DNA from: an uncultured Chitinophagales bacterium
GTDB taxonomy: Bacteria; Bacteroidota; Bacteroidia; Chitinophagales; JADIYW01
Assembly: GCA_964507125.1 (NCBI GenBank)
Contig: CAZDOT010000003.1
Coordinates: 916-64,915, forward strand
Reading direction: 5' to 3'
DNA length: 64,000 bases
A program made the position numbers and the translations under genes. Positions 30,907-40,348 of the stretch are shown piece by piece. Below the pieces are notes generated by a model. It saw only the letters and a program-made list of their open reading frames with translations, was not told the origin of the DNA and did not search any database. How positions within the stretch are numbered: position 1 is the first letter of the stretch; every line of letters starts with the position of its first letter.

Positions 30907-31329
30907 TTAGTTACCGTCGTAATCTCTTCTTATGATAAATTTAGTTAACACAGGTAATTTTTGAGCTGCTAATGCTAATGACTCTTGAGCTACTTGTTTA
31001 GAAACGCCTTCAATTTCAAACATGATTCTGCCTGGTTTTACCACAGCAACCCAATGATCTAAAGAACCTTTACCTTTACCCATACGCACCTCTGCCGGTT
31101 TTTTAGTGATTGGTTTGTCTGGGAAAATATTGATCCAAACTTTACCTTCACGTTTCATGTGTCTGGTTAAAGCGATACGAGCTGCTTCAATTTGACGGTC
31201 TGTTATCCAGCACTCTTCTAATGATTTCAAGCCAAATGAGCCGAATGACAATTGCGAACCTTTGTACGCAATGCCTTTCATTTTCATCTTGTGTACTCTT
31301 CTAAATTTTACTCTTTTCGGTTGTAACAT
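30907..31329 (-). CDS. rplP: 50S ribosomal protein L16
   Basis: 140 aa starting [14 protein letters not shown]. Confidence 0.97.
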   Translation of the reverse strand: MLQPKRVKFRRVHKMKMKGIAYKGSQLSFGSFGLKSLEECWITDRQIEAARIALTRHMKREGKVWINIFPDKPITKKPAEVRMGKGKGSLDHWVAVVKPGRIMFEIEGVSKQVAQESLALAAQKLPVLTKFIIRRDYDGN

Positions 31330-31389
31330 AACAACTTTATTTACAATTTATGATTTACGATTTGAGATTTTCCTAAATCGTTTTGTTAA

Positions 31390-32190
31390 TTATTTTTTTC
31401 TTGGACCTCTGTTTTCTGTTCTTTCACCTCTTGGTTTTCCGCCACCACGTCTATCGCCACCGCCTCTTCTATCATCACGTCTTTCGCCACCTCTTCTGTC
31501 ATCACGTCTTTCACCACCTTTTTTGTTACCTTCTTCCATTCCTACATTTGGTGTCAAATCACGTTTTGTAAATACTTCGCCTTTACAAATCCATACTTTT
31601 ACACCAATTTTTCCGTAAATCGTTTCTGCTTCTTTCCAAGCATAATCGATATCAGCTCTGAATGTATGTAAAGGTGTACGACCTTCTTTGTACTCTTCAC
31701 TTCTTGCCATCTCTGCACCACCTAAACGTCCGGAGCATTTGATTTTAATACCTTCCACCCCTAAACGCATCGCTGAAGCAATCGCCATTTTCACCGCACG
31801 ACGGAAGTTTACACGAGCTTCTAATTGTTTGCAAACTGTTTCACCTACGATAGCAGCATCAATTTCCGGTCTTCTAATTTCTACGATATTAATTTGAACA
31901 TCTTTTTTCGTAATATTTTTGATTTCTTCTTTGATTTTATCTACCTCGTTACCACCTTTACCGATAATGATACCAGGACGAGAAGTATTAATAGAAATCG
32001 TAATTCTGTTTAAAGTTCTTTCGATTACTATTTTAGAAATACCGCCTTTTTGAATACGTGCGTTTAAGTATTTTCTGATTTTTTGATCTTCGATCAATTT
32101 ATCGCTGAAATCTTTACCGCCATACCAATTAGAATCCCATCCTCTGATGATACCTAATCTATTTGCTATCGGATTTGCTTTAGTACCCAT
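31390..32190 (-). CDS. rpsC: 30S ribosomal protein S3 with Arg/Gly/Asp-rich repeat tail
   Basis: 266 aa. The KH and S3-C domains are followed by ...[42 protein letters not shown]. Confidence 0.95.
   Translation of the reverse strand: MGTKANPIANRLGIIRGWDSNWYGGKDFSDKLIEDQKIRKYLNARIQKGGISKIVIERTLNRITISINTSRPGIIIGKGGNEVDKIKEEIKNITKKDVQINIVEIRRPEIDAAIVGETVCKQLEARVNFRRAVKMAIASAMRLGVEGIKIKCSGRLGGAEMARSEEYKEGRTPLHTFRADIDYAWKEAETIYGKIGVKVWICKGEVFTKRDLTPNVGMEEGNKKGGERRDDRRGGERRDDRRGGGDRRGGGKPRGERTENRGPRKK
31464..31517 (-). repeat. 27-nt tandem duplication (2 copies, 2 mismatches) inside the rpsC 3-prime end
   Basis: The plus strand reads ctcttctatcatcacgtctttcgccac / ctcttctgtcatcacgtctttcaccac. It encodes GGERRDDRR twice. 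Confidence 0.9.
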
Positions 32191-32205
32191 TAATTATCTT
32201 TTATT

Positions 32206-32643
32206 TTAATTTTCGTTAGTTGATTCTGTTGTTTCAGCAACCAATTCAGATTGGTTTCTGCTTGCTAATTGCACGGTGATGTGGTTAGAACGTTTACGTA
32301 TTCTGTATGCTCTTCCTTGAGGTGCCGGTTGAAAACGTTTTAAAATTCTTGCACTATCTATTAATACTGCTTTGATATATAAATCACTATCTTCTGCTTT
32401 TGTATCGAATTTTTGTTCCCAGTTAGCAATGGCAGAACGAACTAATTTTTCTAATGTTTTCGAAGCGTGTTTTGTAGAGAATGTAAGGATGTTTAAAGCT
32501 TCCATTACATCTTTTTCACGGATAACATCTGCCAATAATCTCATTTTACGAGGAGAAGTAGGCACATTTGTAGCACGTGCAGTACAAACTGACTTTTTCG
32601 CTTCTTTTCTAGCATCTGCTGCTAATTTCTTTCTTTGACCCAT
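32206..32643 (-). CDS. rplV: 50S ribosomal protein L22
   Basis: 145 aa in the S10-operon position. Confidence 0.95.
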   Translation of the reverse strand: MGQRKKLAADARKEAKKSVCTARATNVPTSPRKMRLLADVIREKDVMEALNILTFSTKHASKTLEKLVRSAIANWEQKFDTKAEDSDLYIKAVLIDSARILKRFQPAPQGRAYRIRKRSNHITVQLASRNQSELVAETTESTNEN

Positions 32644-32652
32644 GGCTTATTC

Positions 32653-32919
32653 TTATTTTCTGTTACCTGAATGTCCTTTAAATTGTCTTGTAGGTGAGAA
32701 TTCTCCCAATTTATGCCCTACCATATTTTCTGTTACATATACCGGAATAAATTTATTACCGTTATGTACTGCAAATGTATGTCCTACGAAATCTGGTGTA
32801 ATCATAGAGGCTCTAGACCAAGTTTTGATTACCGATTTTTTATTCGATGCATTCATAGTATCCACTTTACCTTGTAAATGGTATGCTATGTACGGACCTT
32901 TTTTTAAACTTCTTGCCAT
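32653..32919 (-). CDS. rpsS: 30S ribosomal protein S19
   Basis: 88 aa starting [10 protein letters not shown]. Confidence 0.97.
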   Translation of the reverse strand: MARSLKKGPYIAYHLQGKVDTMNASNKKSVIKTWSRASMITPDFVGHTFAVHNGNKFIPVYVTENMVGHKLGEFSPTRQFKGHSGNRK

Positions 32920-32932
32920 TATGCTTTACTTA

Positions 32933-33757
32933 TTATTTTTTAGCTCTTGAAATGATGTGTTTGTTGGAAGCTTTTGTTTTGCTTCTAGTTTTTAATCCTT
33001 TAGCTGGGATACCTTTTCTTGAACGTGGGTGACCACCTGAAGCTCTACCTTCACCACCACCCATTGGATGGTCAACTGGGTTCATCACTACGGCACGTGT
33101 ACGAGGTCTTCTTCCTGCCCAACGGTTAGCACCAGCTTTACCTTTTACTTCCAAGCTATGATCTGAATTTGAAACACTTCCGATAGTACCTAAACAAGTA
33201 CCTAAGATTTGTCTTAACTCACCTGATGGTAATTTTATGTTTGCATATTTTCCATCTTTACCGGAAAGTTGAGCAAATGTACCAGCACTTCTACAGATAG
33301 ACGCTCCTTTACCCGGTTGTAATTCGATATTATGAATTACAGAACCTAATGGCATGTTAGATAGTGGTAAAGTATTTCCTACTTCAGGAGCAACTGCTTT
33401 ACCTGAAATAATTTCTTGTCCAACTTTTAAACCTTCCGGTGCGATGATATATCTTTTCTCACCATCTTTATATACTACTAATGCAATAAATGCAGAACGG
33501 TTAGGATCGTATTCAATTGTTTTTACAGTTGCCGGAATATCGAATTTATTTCTTTTAAAATCAATAATACGGTATTGTCTTTTGTGTCCACCACCGATAT
33601 AACGCATTGTCATTTCACCTTTTTGGTTACGACCACCAGATTTCTTATTAGAAACTAATAAGGATTTTTCCGGTTTGTCGGTAGTGATTTCTGCGTAAGA
33701 GTTAGAGATTCTGTATCTTAAACTCGGCGTAATCGGATTATATTTTTTAGTTGCCAT
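32933..33757 (-). CDS. rplB: 50S ribosomal protein L2
   Basis: 274 aa with [14 protein letters not shown]. Confidence 0.97.
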   Translation of the reverse strand: MATKKYNPITPSLRYRISNSYAEITTDKPEKSLLVSNKKSGGRNQKGEMTMRYIGGGHKRQYRIIDFKRNKFDIPATVKTIEYDPNRSAFIALVVYKDGEKRYIIAPEGLKVGQEIISGKAVAPEVGNTLPLSNMPLGSVIHNIELQPGKGASICRSAGTFAQLSGKDGKYANIKLPSGELRQILGTCLGTIGSVSNSDHSLEVKGKAGANRWAGRRPRTRAVVMNPVDHPMGGGEGRASGGHPRSRKGIPAKGLKTRSKTKASNKHIISRAKK

Positions 33758-33776
33758 TGCTTGTACTTCTTTTTAA

Positions 33777-34067
33777 TTAAATTTCGTTGTAGAAATCAAT
33801 TGTTTCTCCTTTAGCTACTTGAACGATTGCTTTTTTGTAGCTACTTTTTCTTCCTGAGATAATTCTTGTTTTTGTATTGCGATTTTTTGGTTTAGAAGCA
33901 ATAATTGCTGTATTTACTTCTTCTACATTTACGCCGTACATTTTTTCAACAGCTTTTTTTATCTCTACTTTGTTTGCCTTTTTTTCAACTAAAAAAGTAT
34001 ATTTTCCTGCTTTATCTGATAATGCAGATGCTTTTTCGGTAATTAAAGGTTTTTTCAGAATTTCCAT
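33777..34067 (-). CDS. rplW: 50S ribosomal protein L23
   Basis: 96 aa in the S10-operon position. Confidence 0.95.
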   Translation of the reverse strand: MEILKKPLITEKASALSDKAGKYTFLVEKKANKVEIKKAVEKMYGVNVEEVNTAIIASKPKNRNTKTRIISGRKSSYKKAIVQVAKGETIDFYNEI

Positions 34068-34073
34068 TCTATA

Positions 34074-34700
34074 TTAATTTTGTGAATTCGCTAATGCTTC
34101 AATCGATTTTTCGCTAATTAAAATCGCATTGTTGTTCATAATTTCGTATGTATTCAAGTTATCTGCGGTTGCAATTGCAGCACCTTGTACATTTCTACTT
34201 GATAAGTAAACATTTTCGTTTAACTCTGGTAAAATCAATAATGATTTTTTGTTTTCTAAACCAAATGCTTGTAAGAATTTTAAATATTCTTTTGTTTTTG
34301 GTGCATCGAAAGAAAAATCTTCTACTATTTTAATAGAGCTACCGGCAGCTTTTACAGATAATGCAGAATGTTTTGCTAATGATTTTACTTTTTTATTTAA
34401 TTTAAAATCATAGAAACGTGGACGAGGTCCGAAAATACGAGCACCACCTTTAAACAATGGGTTTTTGATACTTCCTTTTCTGGAACCACCTGTACCTTTT
34501 TGTTTGTGTAATTTTCTGGTAGAACCTGATAATTCAGATTTCTCTTTGGTTTTATGCGTACCACTTCTTCTTCCTGCTAAGTATTGTTTAACAGCTAAGT
34601 AGATAACATGCTCATTCGGTTCGATACCAAAAATTGCATCTGGCAATTCGATACTGCGACCTGTAGCTTGTCCGTTTACATTATATACTTCTGCTTTCAT
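34074..34700 (-). CDS. rplD: 50S ribosomal protein L4
   Basis: 208 aa with KQKGTGGSRKGS. Confidence 0.97.
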   Translation of the reverse strand: MKAEVYNVNGQATGRSIELPDAIFGIEPNEHVIYLAVKQYLAGRRSGTHKTKEKSELSGSTRKLHKQKGTGGSRKGSIKNPLFKGGARIFGPRPRFYDFKLNKKVKSLAKHSALSVKAAGSSIKIVEDFSFDAPKTKEYLKFLQAFGLENKKSLLILPELNENVYLSSRNVQGAAIATADNLNTYEIMNNNAILISEKSIEALANSQN

Positions 34701-34739
34701 CTTTATTTTATTTCAATCTAAATCCGTAGGATTCTTTGA

Positions 34740-35360
34740 TTATTTTTTCTTTTCGATTATTACGTAAGCGCCATTATGACCTGGAATAGAACCTTTCACG
34801 ATGATTAGATTCTCGTCATTCAACACTTTCACGATTTTCATGTTTTGTTCTTTCACTCTATCAGTACCCATACGGCCACCCATTTTCATTCCCTTCATAA
34901 CACGTGCCGGTGTAGAACAAGCACCTAATGAACCCGGTGCACGCAAACGGTTGTGCTGTCCATGTGTTTGACCACCTACACCACTAAAGTTGTGACGTTT
35001 TACAACACCTTGGAAGCCTTTACCTTTGGATGTTCCAACTATGTTTACTTTTTCGCCTTCCGCTAAAATTTCAGAGGTTACGACATCACCAACATTTAAG
35101 TTGTCCATCCCTTTAAACTCTACTAATTTTGCTTTTGGAGCACCACCTGATTTCTCGAAGTGATTTCTCATAGGCTTTGTTGTATTTTTTTCTTTCTTAT
35201 CGCCGTATCCTAATTGAATTGCATCGTACCCATCTTTATCTTTTGATTTTTTTTGAGTAACTACGCAAGGACCAGCTTGAATAACTGTGCATGGAATTAT
35301 TGCACCGCCTTCGCCGAAAATACTGGTCATCCCTATTTTTGTTCCTATTAATCCTGCCAT
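34740..35360 (-). CDS. rplC: 50S ribosomal protein L3
   Basis: 206 aa starting [15 protein letters not shown]. Confidence 0.97.
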   Translation of the reverse strand: MAGLIGTKIGMTSIFGEGGAIIPCTVIQAGPCVVTQKKSKDKDGYDAIQLGYGDKKEKNTTKPMRNHFEKSGGAPKAKLVEFKGMDNLNVGDVVTSEILAEGEKVNIVGTSKGKGFQGVVKRHNFSGVGGQTHGQHNRLRAPGSLGACSTPARVMKGMKMGGRMGTDRVKEQNMKIVKVLNDENLIIVKGSIPGHNGAYVIIEKKK

Positions 35361-35366
35361 GACTTA

Positions 35367-35672
35367 TTATACTTTAATTTCTACATCCACACCACTTGGT
35401 AATTCTAATTTCATCAATGCATCTACAGTTTTTGGTGTTGCACTATAAATGTCTAATAATCTTTTGTACGTACACAATTTAAATTGCTCACGTGCCACTT
35501 TGTTTACGTGTGGAGATTTTAACACGGTAAAAATCTTTTTGTTAGTAGGCAATGGAATTGGACCTGTTACTACAGCTCCTGCACTGCGTACTGTTTTCAC
35601 GATTTTCTCAGCAGACTTATCTACTAAGTTATGATCGTATGATTTTAATTTTATTCTAATTTTTTGTGCCAT
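35367..35672 (-). CDS. rpsJ: 30S ribosomal protein S10
   Basis: 101 aa starting [14 protein letters not shown]. Confidence 0.97.
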   Translation of the reverse strand: MAQKIRIKLKSYDHNLVDKSAEKIVKTVRSAGAVVTGPIPLPTNKKIFTVLKSPHVNKVAREQFKLCTYKRLLDIYSATPKTVDALMKLELPSGVDVEIKV

Positions 35673-35685
35673 GATATAATTACTA

Positions 35686-37791
35686 TTAATCAGCTTTTAC
35701 TTTAGATTTTACTTTTGCGATTACTTGCTCTGTAATGTTGTTTGGTGTTGGAGCATAGTGTGAGAACTCCATGATAGAGGTTGCTCTACCTGATGTAATC
35801 GTTCTCAAATCTGTTACATAACCGAACATCTCAGACAATGGAACTTTTGCTTTGATTACGTTCGCATTGTTTTTCATTTCCATACCTTCCATCATACCTC
35901 TTCTTCTGTTCAAGTCACCTACAACATCCCCTGTATTTTCTTCCGGTGTGATTACTTCCAATTTCATGATAGGCTCTAACAAGATTGGATTAGCTTTTCT
36001 ACAAGCTTCACGGAATGCGAACTTAGCTGCCTGCTCAAACGAGAAAGAGTCGGAGTCCACTTGGTGGTAAGAACCATCAAATAAACGAACTTTTAAACTT
36101 GGAACTTCGTAACCCGCTAAAACACCCGTTTTCATTGCCTCTTTAAATCCTTTCTCTACAGACGGAACAAACTCTTTTGGAATTGCACCACCAAAGATAT
36201 CATTCACGAACGTCAATCCATCTTTACCTTCATCGCCAGGACCAATTTCAATTTGGATATCCGCAAACTTACCACGACCACCAGATTGTTTTGCATATTT
36301 TTCTCTATGCTCAATAGTTTGTGTGATAGTTTCTTTATAGTTAACTTGAGGTGCACCTTGGTTACACTCTACTTTAAACTCACGTAATAAACGGTCAACG
36401 ATGATTTCTAAGTGCAATTCACCCATACCAGAGATTACTGTTTGTGCAGTATCTTCATCGTAACGCACTTTAAATGTTGGATCTTCTTCCGCTAACTTAG
36501 CTAAAGCCATCCCTAATTTATCTGCATCTTTTTGTGTTTTAGGCTCGATTGCCAAACCGATTACCGGATCTGGGAATACCATTGATTCTAAAACGATTGG
36601 GCTACCTTCTGCACAAAGTGTATCACCTGTTCTGATATCTTTAAATCCTACTACTGCACCAATATCACCAGCGCCTAATTTCTCAATTGGATTTTGTTTA
36701 TTTGCGTGCATTTGGAAGATACGAGAAATACGCTCTTTGTTACCACTTCTTGTATTGATTACATAAGAACCAGCATCTAATACACCAGAGTAAGCACGTG
36801 TAAATGCTAAGCGACCAACGTAAGGGTCTGTAGCAATTTTAAATGCTAAACCTGCAAATGGTTCATCATAGCTTGGCTTACGAGAAATCTCTTCACCTGT
36901 ATCAGGATGAGTACCTTTAATATTTGGTCTATCTAATGGTGATGGCATTAATTCCATTACCAAATCCAACATTGTTTGAACACCTTTATCTTTAAAAGAT
37001 GAACCACATACCATTGGAACAATTTTCATATCTAAGCAAGCTGCACGTAATGCATCTAATATTTCTCTTTCTGTAATAGTAGTTGGATCGTCAAAGAATT
37101 TCTCCATCAATCTCTCATCATACTCAGAAACTGCCTCTAATAATTTCTCTCTCCACTCCGTAGCTTCTTGTACCATATCTGCCGGAATATCCACCACTTC
37201 ATAAGTCATACCTCTGTCATGTGTATTCCAAACGATACCACGGAAGTTAATTAAGTCAACCACTCCTTTGAAAGTATCTTCAGCACCGATAGGTAATTGC
37301 AATGGAACAGCATTAGAACCCAACATCTTTTTCACTTGCTCTACAACTGCTAAGAAATCAGCACCGGAACGGTCCATTTTGTTTACGAAACCGATACGAG
37401 CTACATTATAGTTATTTGCTAAGCGCCAGTTTGTTTCAGATTGAGGCTCCACGCCATCTACTGCTGAGAATAAAAACACCAAACCATCCAAAATACGCAA
37501 TGAACGATTTACCTCTACGGTAAAGTCAACGTGTCCTGGTGTGTCAATGATATTTACGTGATAATCTTGTCCTCTATATTTCCAGCCAACTGTTGTTGCT
37601 GCAGATGTAATTGTAATACCACGCTCTGCTTCTTGCACCATCCAGTCCATTGTAGATGCTCCATCGTGCACCTCACCAATTTTATGATTAACTCCTGAAT
37701 AAAACAAGATACGTTCTGTAGTCGTTGTTTTACCAGCATCAATGTGAGCTGCAATACCAATGTTTCTTGTATATCTTAAATCGCGTGCCAT
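35686..37791 (-). CDS. fusA: translation elongation factor G
   Basis: 701 aa with [12 protein letters not shown] and DTPGHVDF GTPase motifs. Confidence 0.97.
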   Translation of the reverse strand: MARDLRYTRNIGIAAHIDAGKTTTTERILFYSGVNHKIGEVHDGASTMDWMVQEAERGITITSAATTVGWKYRGQDYHVNIIDTPGHVDFTVEVNRSLRILDGLVFLFSAVDGVEPQSETNWRLANNYNVARIGFVNKMDRSGADFLAVVEQVKKMLGSNAVPLQLPIGAEDTFKGVVDLINFRGIVWNTHDRGMTYEVVDIPADMVQEATEWREKLLEAVSEYDERLMEKFFDDPTTITEREILDALRAACLDMKIVPMVCGSSFKDKGVQTMLDLVMELMPSPLDRPNIKGTHPDTGEEISRKPSYDEPFAGLAFKIATDPYVGRLAFTRAYSGVLDAGSYVINTRSGNKERISRIFQMHANKQNPIEKLGAGDIGAVVGFKDIRTGDTLCAEGSPIVLESMVFPDPVIGLAIEPKTQKDADKLGMALAKLAEEDPTFKVRYDEDTAQTVISGMGELHLEIIVDRLLREFKVECNQGAPQVNYKETITQTIEHREKYAKQSGGRGKFADIQIEIGPGDEGKDGLTFVNDIFGGAIPKEFVPSVEKGFKEAMKTGVLAGYEVPSLKVRLFDGSYHQVDSDSFSFEQAAKFAFREACRKANPILLEPIMKLEVITPEENTGDVVGDLNRRRGMMEGMEMKNNANVIKAKVPLSEMFGYVTDLRTITSGRATSIMEFSHYAPTPNNITEQVIAKVKSKVKAD

Positions 37792-37838
37792 TTTATTTTT
37801 CTATTTGTGGATGCTACAAACATCCTTACTTTTTTTTA

Positions 37839-38306
37839 TTATGCTTTAAAATGTGAAAATGCTTTATTTGCTTCAGCCATTTTATGTGTATCTTCTTTTC
37901 TTTTCACTGCTGCTCCTTCACCTTTTGAAGCGGCAATTAATTCTGCAGCTAATTTATCACCCATTGATCTGCCGTTTCTTTTTCTTGAAAACTGAATCAA
38001 CCAACGTATCGTCATGAACAATTTTCTATCCTCACGAATTGGTGTAGGAATTTGGAATGTAGCACCACCAATTCTACGACTTTTCACCTCTACAGCTGGC
38101 ATGGCATTATCCATTGCTTTTCTCCAAATTTCGTATCCTTCTTCATTGGTAGATTTTTTAATACGCTCCATTGCTTCATAAAATGAAGTATAGGCTGTAC
38201 TTTTTTTACCACCAATCATTAAGTTATTTACAAAGCGAGTTACCAAAGGATCACCATAAACCGGATCCGGTGCTAAATATCTTTTCTTTGCTTTTTGCTT
38301 TCTCAT
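37839..38306 (-). CDS. rpsG: 30S ribosomal protein S7
   Basis: 155 aa in the str-operon position. Confidence 0.97.
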   Translation of the reverse strand: MRKQKAKKRYLAPDPVYGDPLVTRFVNNLMIGGKKSTAYTSFYEAMERIKKSTNEEGYEIWRKAMDNAMPAVEVKSRRIGGATFQIPTPIREDRKLFMTIRWLIQFSRKRNGRSMGDKLAAELIAASKGEGAAVKRKEDTHKMAEANKAFSHFKA

Positions 38307-38345
38307 TTTCTATTATTTTATACGAATACGATGTATTCCTATTGA

Positions 38346-38750
38346 TTATTTTTTACCTTTTGTTGGTGCCGCTGCACCAGCTTTACCTTTTTTAGTTCCG
38401 TATTTAGAACGGCTTTTTTGACGATTATTTACACCTGCAGTATCTAAAGCACCACGAACGATATGATAACGCACACCCGGTAAATCTTTAACACGACCTC
38501 CACGAATCATTACTATTGAGTGTTCCTGTAAATTATGACCTTCACCCGGAATGTAAGCGATAACTTCAAATTTATTCGTCAAACGCACTTTAGCTACTTT
38601 ACGTAATGCTGAATTTGGTTTTTTAGGTGTAGTTGTATAAACACGTGTACATACACCACGACGTTGTGGGCAAGCATCTAACGCTCTTGATTTAGAAGCA
38701 TATTGAAGTTGCTCTCTTCCTTTTCTTACTAATTGTTGAATTGTAGGCAT
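38346..38750 (-). CDS. rpsL: 30S ribosomal protein S12
   Basis: 134 aa starting [12 protein letters not shown], with [10 protein letters not shown] and a short Lys/Ala-rich tail. Confidence 0.97.
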   Translation of the reverse strand: MPTIQQLVRKGREQLQYASKSRALDACPQRRGVCTRVYTTTPKKPNSALRKVAKVRLTNKFEVIAYIPGEGHNLQEHSIVMIRGGRVKDLPGVRYHIVRGALDTAGVNNRQKSRSKYGTKKGKAGAAAPTKGKK

Positions 38751-38777
38751 TCGTTACTCTTTAAAAAATTTGGACTG

Positions 38778-38785
38778 CAAAGGTA
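38778..38785 (-). promoter_or_regulatory. proximal -7 box TACCTTTG of the str/S10/spc operon
   Basis: The reverse strand reads TACCTTTG, 27 nt upstream of the rpsL ATG. Confidence 0.5.
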
Positions 38786-38806
38786 AGGATTTGAGTGAAG
38801 AATACC

Positions 38807-38925
38807 AAACATAACTGTAAAGAAGAAGTTATGTTTTTTGTAGTCTTACCTTCCCTCCGAAGGCAGTTACTACAAGAAGAATCCACCAAAAAATGGATTT
38901 TCCTCCTGAAGTGGGTGCAAAGATA
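38807..38925 (-). promoter_or_regulatory. second -7 box (TATCTTTG, 38918-38925) followed by three stem-loops: a long rpsL leader or a ~100-nt small RNA
   Basis: Hairpins at 38880-38899 (AATCCA/TGGATT), at 38840-38873 (GTAGT/ACTAC enclosing CCTTC/GAAGG) and at 38807-38836 (perfect 9-bp AAACATAAC/GTTATGTTT). Confidence 0.3.
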
Positions 38926-39126
38926 CAAACTAATTCCCATTTGTGGAAAATTTTTTTATATTAATTTCGAGTTAAGAATGCTTATTTAACTTTATTATAG
39001 ATGAACAAAGCGAAGGCGAATCAATTTGCTATTCAATTTTCACCCATTTTATTATAGAATTTACATTAGAACAGCAAATTATGAGTGGTATTATTAATGA
39101 ATTTGCAAATAACAAATGAAAATTTG

Positions 39127-40185
39127 TCATTTTAGAGATTGAAAATAATTTTCATCCAAAAATTTTAAATTCCATAATTTTTCGGCACGGCTACCTATAA
39201 ACCAGAATATAAAAGCTAAAATCATAAAAAATACAGATTTGTGTAGTGGCTCCCAAAAATATTCGAAATATCGAGTGATTAAATTGAGTATAAAAAAGAT
39301 TAAGGAAATGTTACCTAAGATAAAATCCTCTCGTTTTAAACCAACATACATACCTAAAGCAGCTATCATAAATAAAGCTATTGCCCAAATTACAAAATGA
39401 ATTTGTCCTACTTGCTGCCAATTTTCATATTTAGTGAAATTACCGAAGATGGACAATAACCAAATAGCGGTAAAAAAAACCAGCAGACTACTTATATAAT
39501 GTATCTTCTCAAATTTGATACATTTTTCGTTTTGTTTTACAAAATACAATCCTACAAAAAGCAACACACTAAATGGAATGTATCTCAAAATTAAATTCAT
39601 TCCCAAAAAAAATTGGTCTTTTGTTTCCAGTGACAGTGTAAATGAGCCATAAGCCAATCCAAACATGAGAAGACACAGTACCCAAAGTGTATTAGACTGA
39701 AAATAGACGGATACTATTATATATAATATAGCTGCTATTAAAAAGATAGCATAATACTCATTTTGGAATACATGAAAGCTTTTTGCCCAAAATGACACAC
39801 AAGCCAATGATAAAAATGCACCCAATAACAAGAAACTTGTGTTGCCTATTGGTGCATTGATATATTTCTTGAAACGCTTTTTGGTGTACCAAAACGTAAA
39901 AAATGTGCTGATACTTAATATAATGCTAAATACAATATCTGTAAGTTGTGTATATCGTTCAATAAATTCTCTAAGTAGGTCATCTGCTAATAACACAACA
40001 ATAGATAAGATAGCACACGAAACGGCAATAATAAATGCATACACTGCTACTTGTTTCCAATCTAATTTATGCTTTTCAATTTGTGCATCCATTTGGGAAG
40101 CCTGTTCATCCGAAATTATTTGTTGTTGTTTCCATTCGTCAATTGCTCGTTTTAACAAATTTGCGTCTTTCTCCTTTAGTAGCAT
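39127..40185 (-). CDS. polytopic membrane protein, DUF2157-like
   Basis: 352 aa with a soluble N-terminal ~45 aa (LLKRAIDEWKQQQIISDEQASQM) followed by about 10 hydrophobic segments. The family call is from memory only. Confidence 0.6.
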   Translation of the reverse strand: MLLKEKDANLLKRAIDEWKQQQIISDEQASQMDAQIEKHKLDWKQVAVYAFIIAVSCAILSIVVLLADDLLREFIERYTQLTDIVFSIILSISTFFTFWYTKKRFKKYINAPIGNTSFLLLGAFLSLACVSFWAKSFHVFQNEYYAIFLIAAILYIIVSVYFQSNTLWVLCLLMFGLAYGSFTLSLETKDQFFLGMNLILRYIPFSVLLFVGLYFVKQNEKCIKFEKIHYISSLLVFFTAIWLLSIFGNFTKYENWQQVGQIHFVIWAIALFMIAALGMYVGLKREDFILGNISLIFFILNLITRYFEYFWEPLHKSVFFMILAFIFWFIGSRAEKLWNLKFLDENYFQSLK

Positions 40186-40255
40186 GCTATCCGATTTTAA
40201 TTAAAGTTAAATGTATAAAGAAAAATATGATTCTATCATTAAATACACGTATTCG

Positions 40256-40263
40256 CAAACATA
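40256..40263 (-). promoter_or_regulatory. -7 box TATGTTTG upstream of the DUF2157-like gene
   Basis: The reverse strand matches TAnnTTTG, 70 nt upstream of the ATG at 40185. Confidence 0.35.
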
Positions 40264-40339
40264 CCTATTTTTATGGCAAACGATTTGTTATGAATACTTT
40301 AAAGAAATAAATAAATAAAAATAGCGCTAAACTAATTTC

Positions 40340-40347
40340 TAACTTTG
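40340..40347 (+). promoter_or_regulatory. -7 box TAACTTTG upstream of the DUF5686-like gene
   Basis: Matches TAnnTTTG. It ends 1 nt before the ATG at 40349, which argues that the real start is the in-frame GTG at 40367. Confidence 0.4.
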
Positions 40348-40348
40348 T

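Noticed and set aside
31262-31618. 118-aa plus-strand ORF with RLSPP repeats
   Set aside because: It is the antisense reading of the S3 GGERRDDRR tandem repeat. The repeat periodicity keeps the opposite frame open.
38795-38989. 64-aa plus-strand ORF in the rpsL upstream region
   Set aside because: It has a non-ATG start, spans the hairpin-rich region, and has no promoter box in that orientation. The region is better explained as RNA structure on the minus strand.
40035-40310. 91-aa plus-strand ORF spanning the DUF2157-like gene start and the intergenic region
   Set aside because: It overlaps the opposite-strand gene and its promoter, and the sequence is low-complexity.
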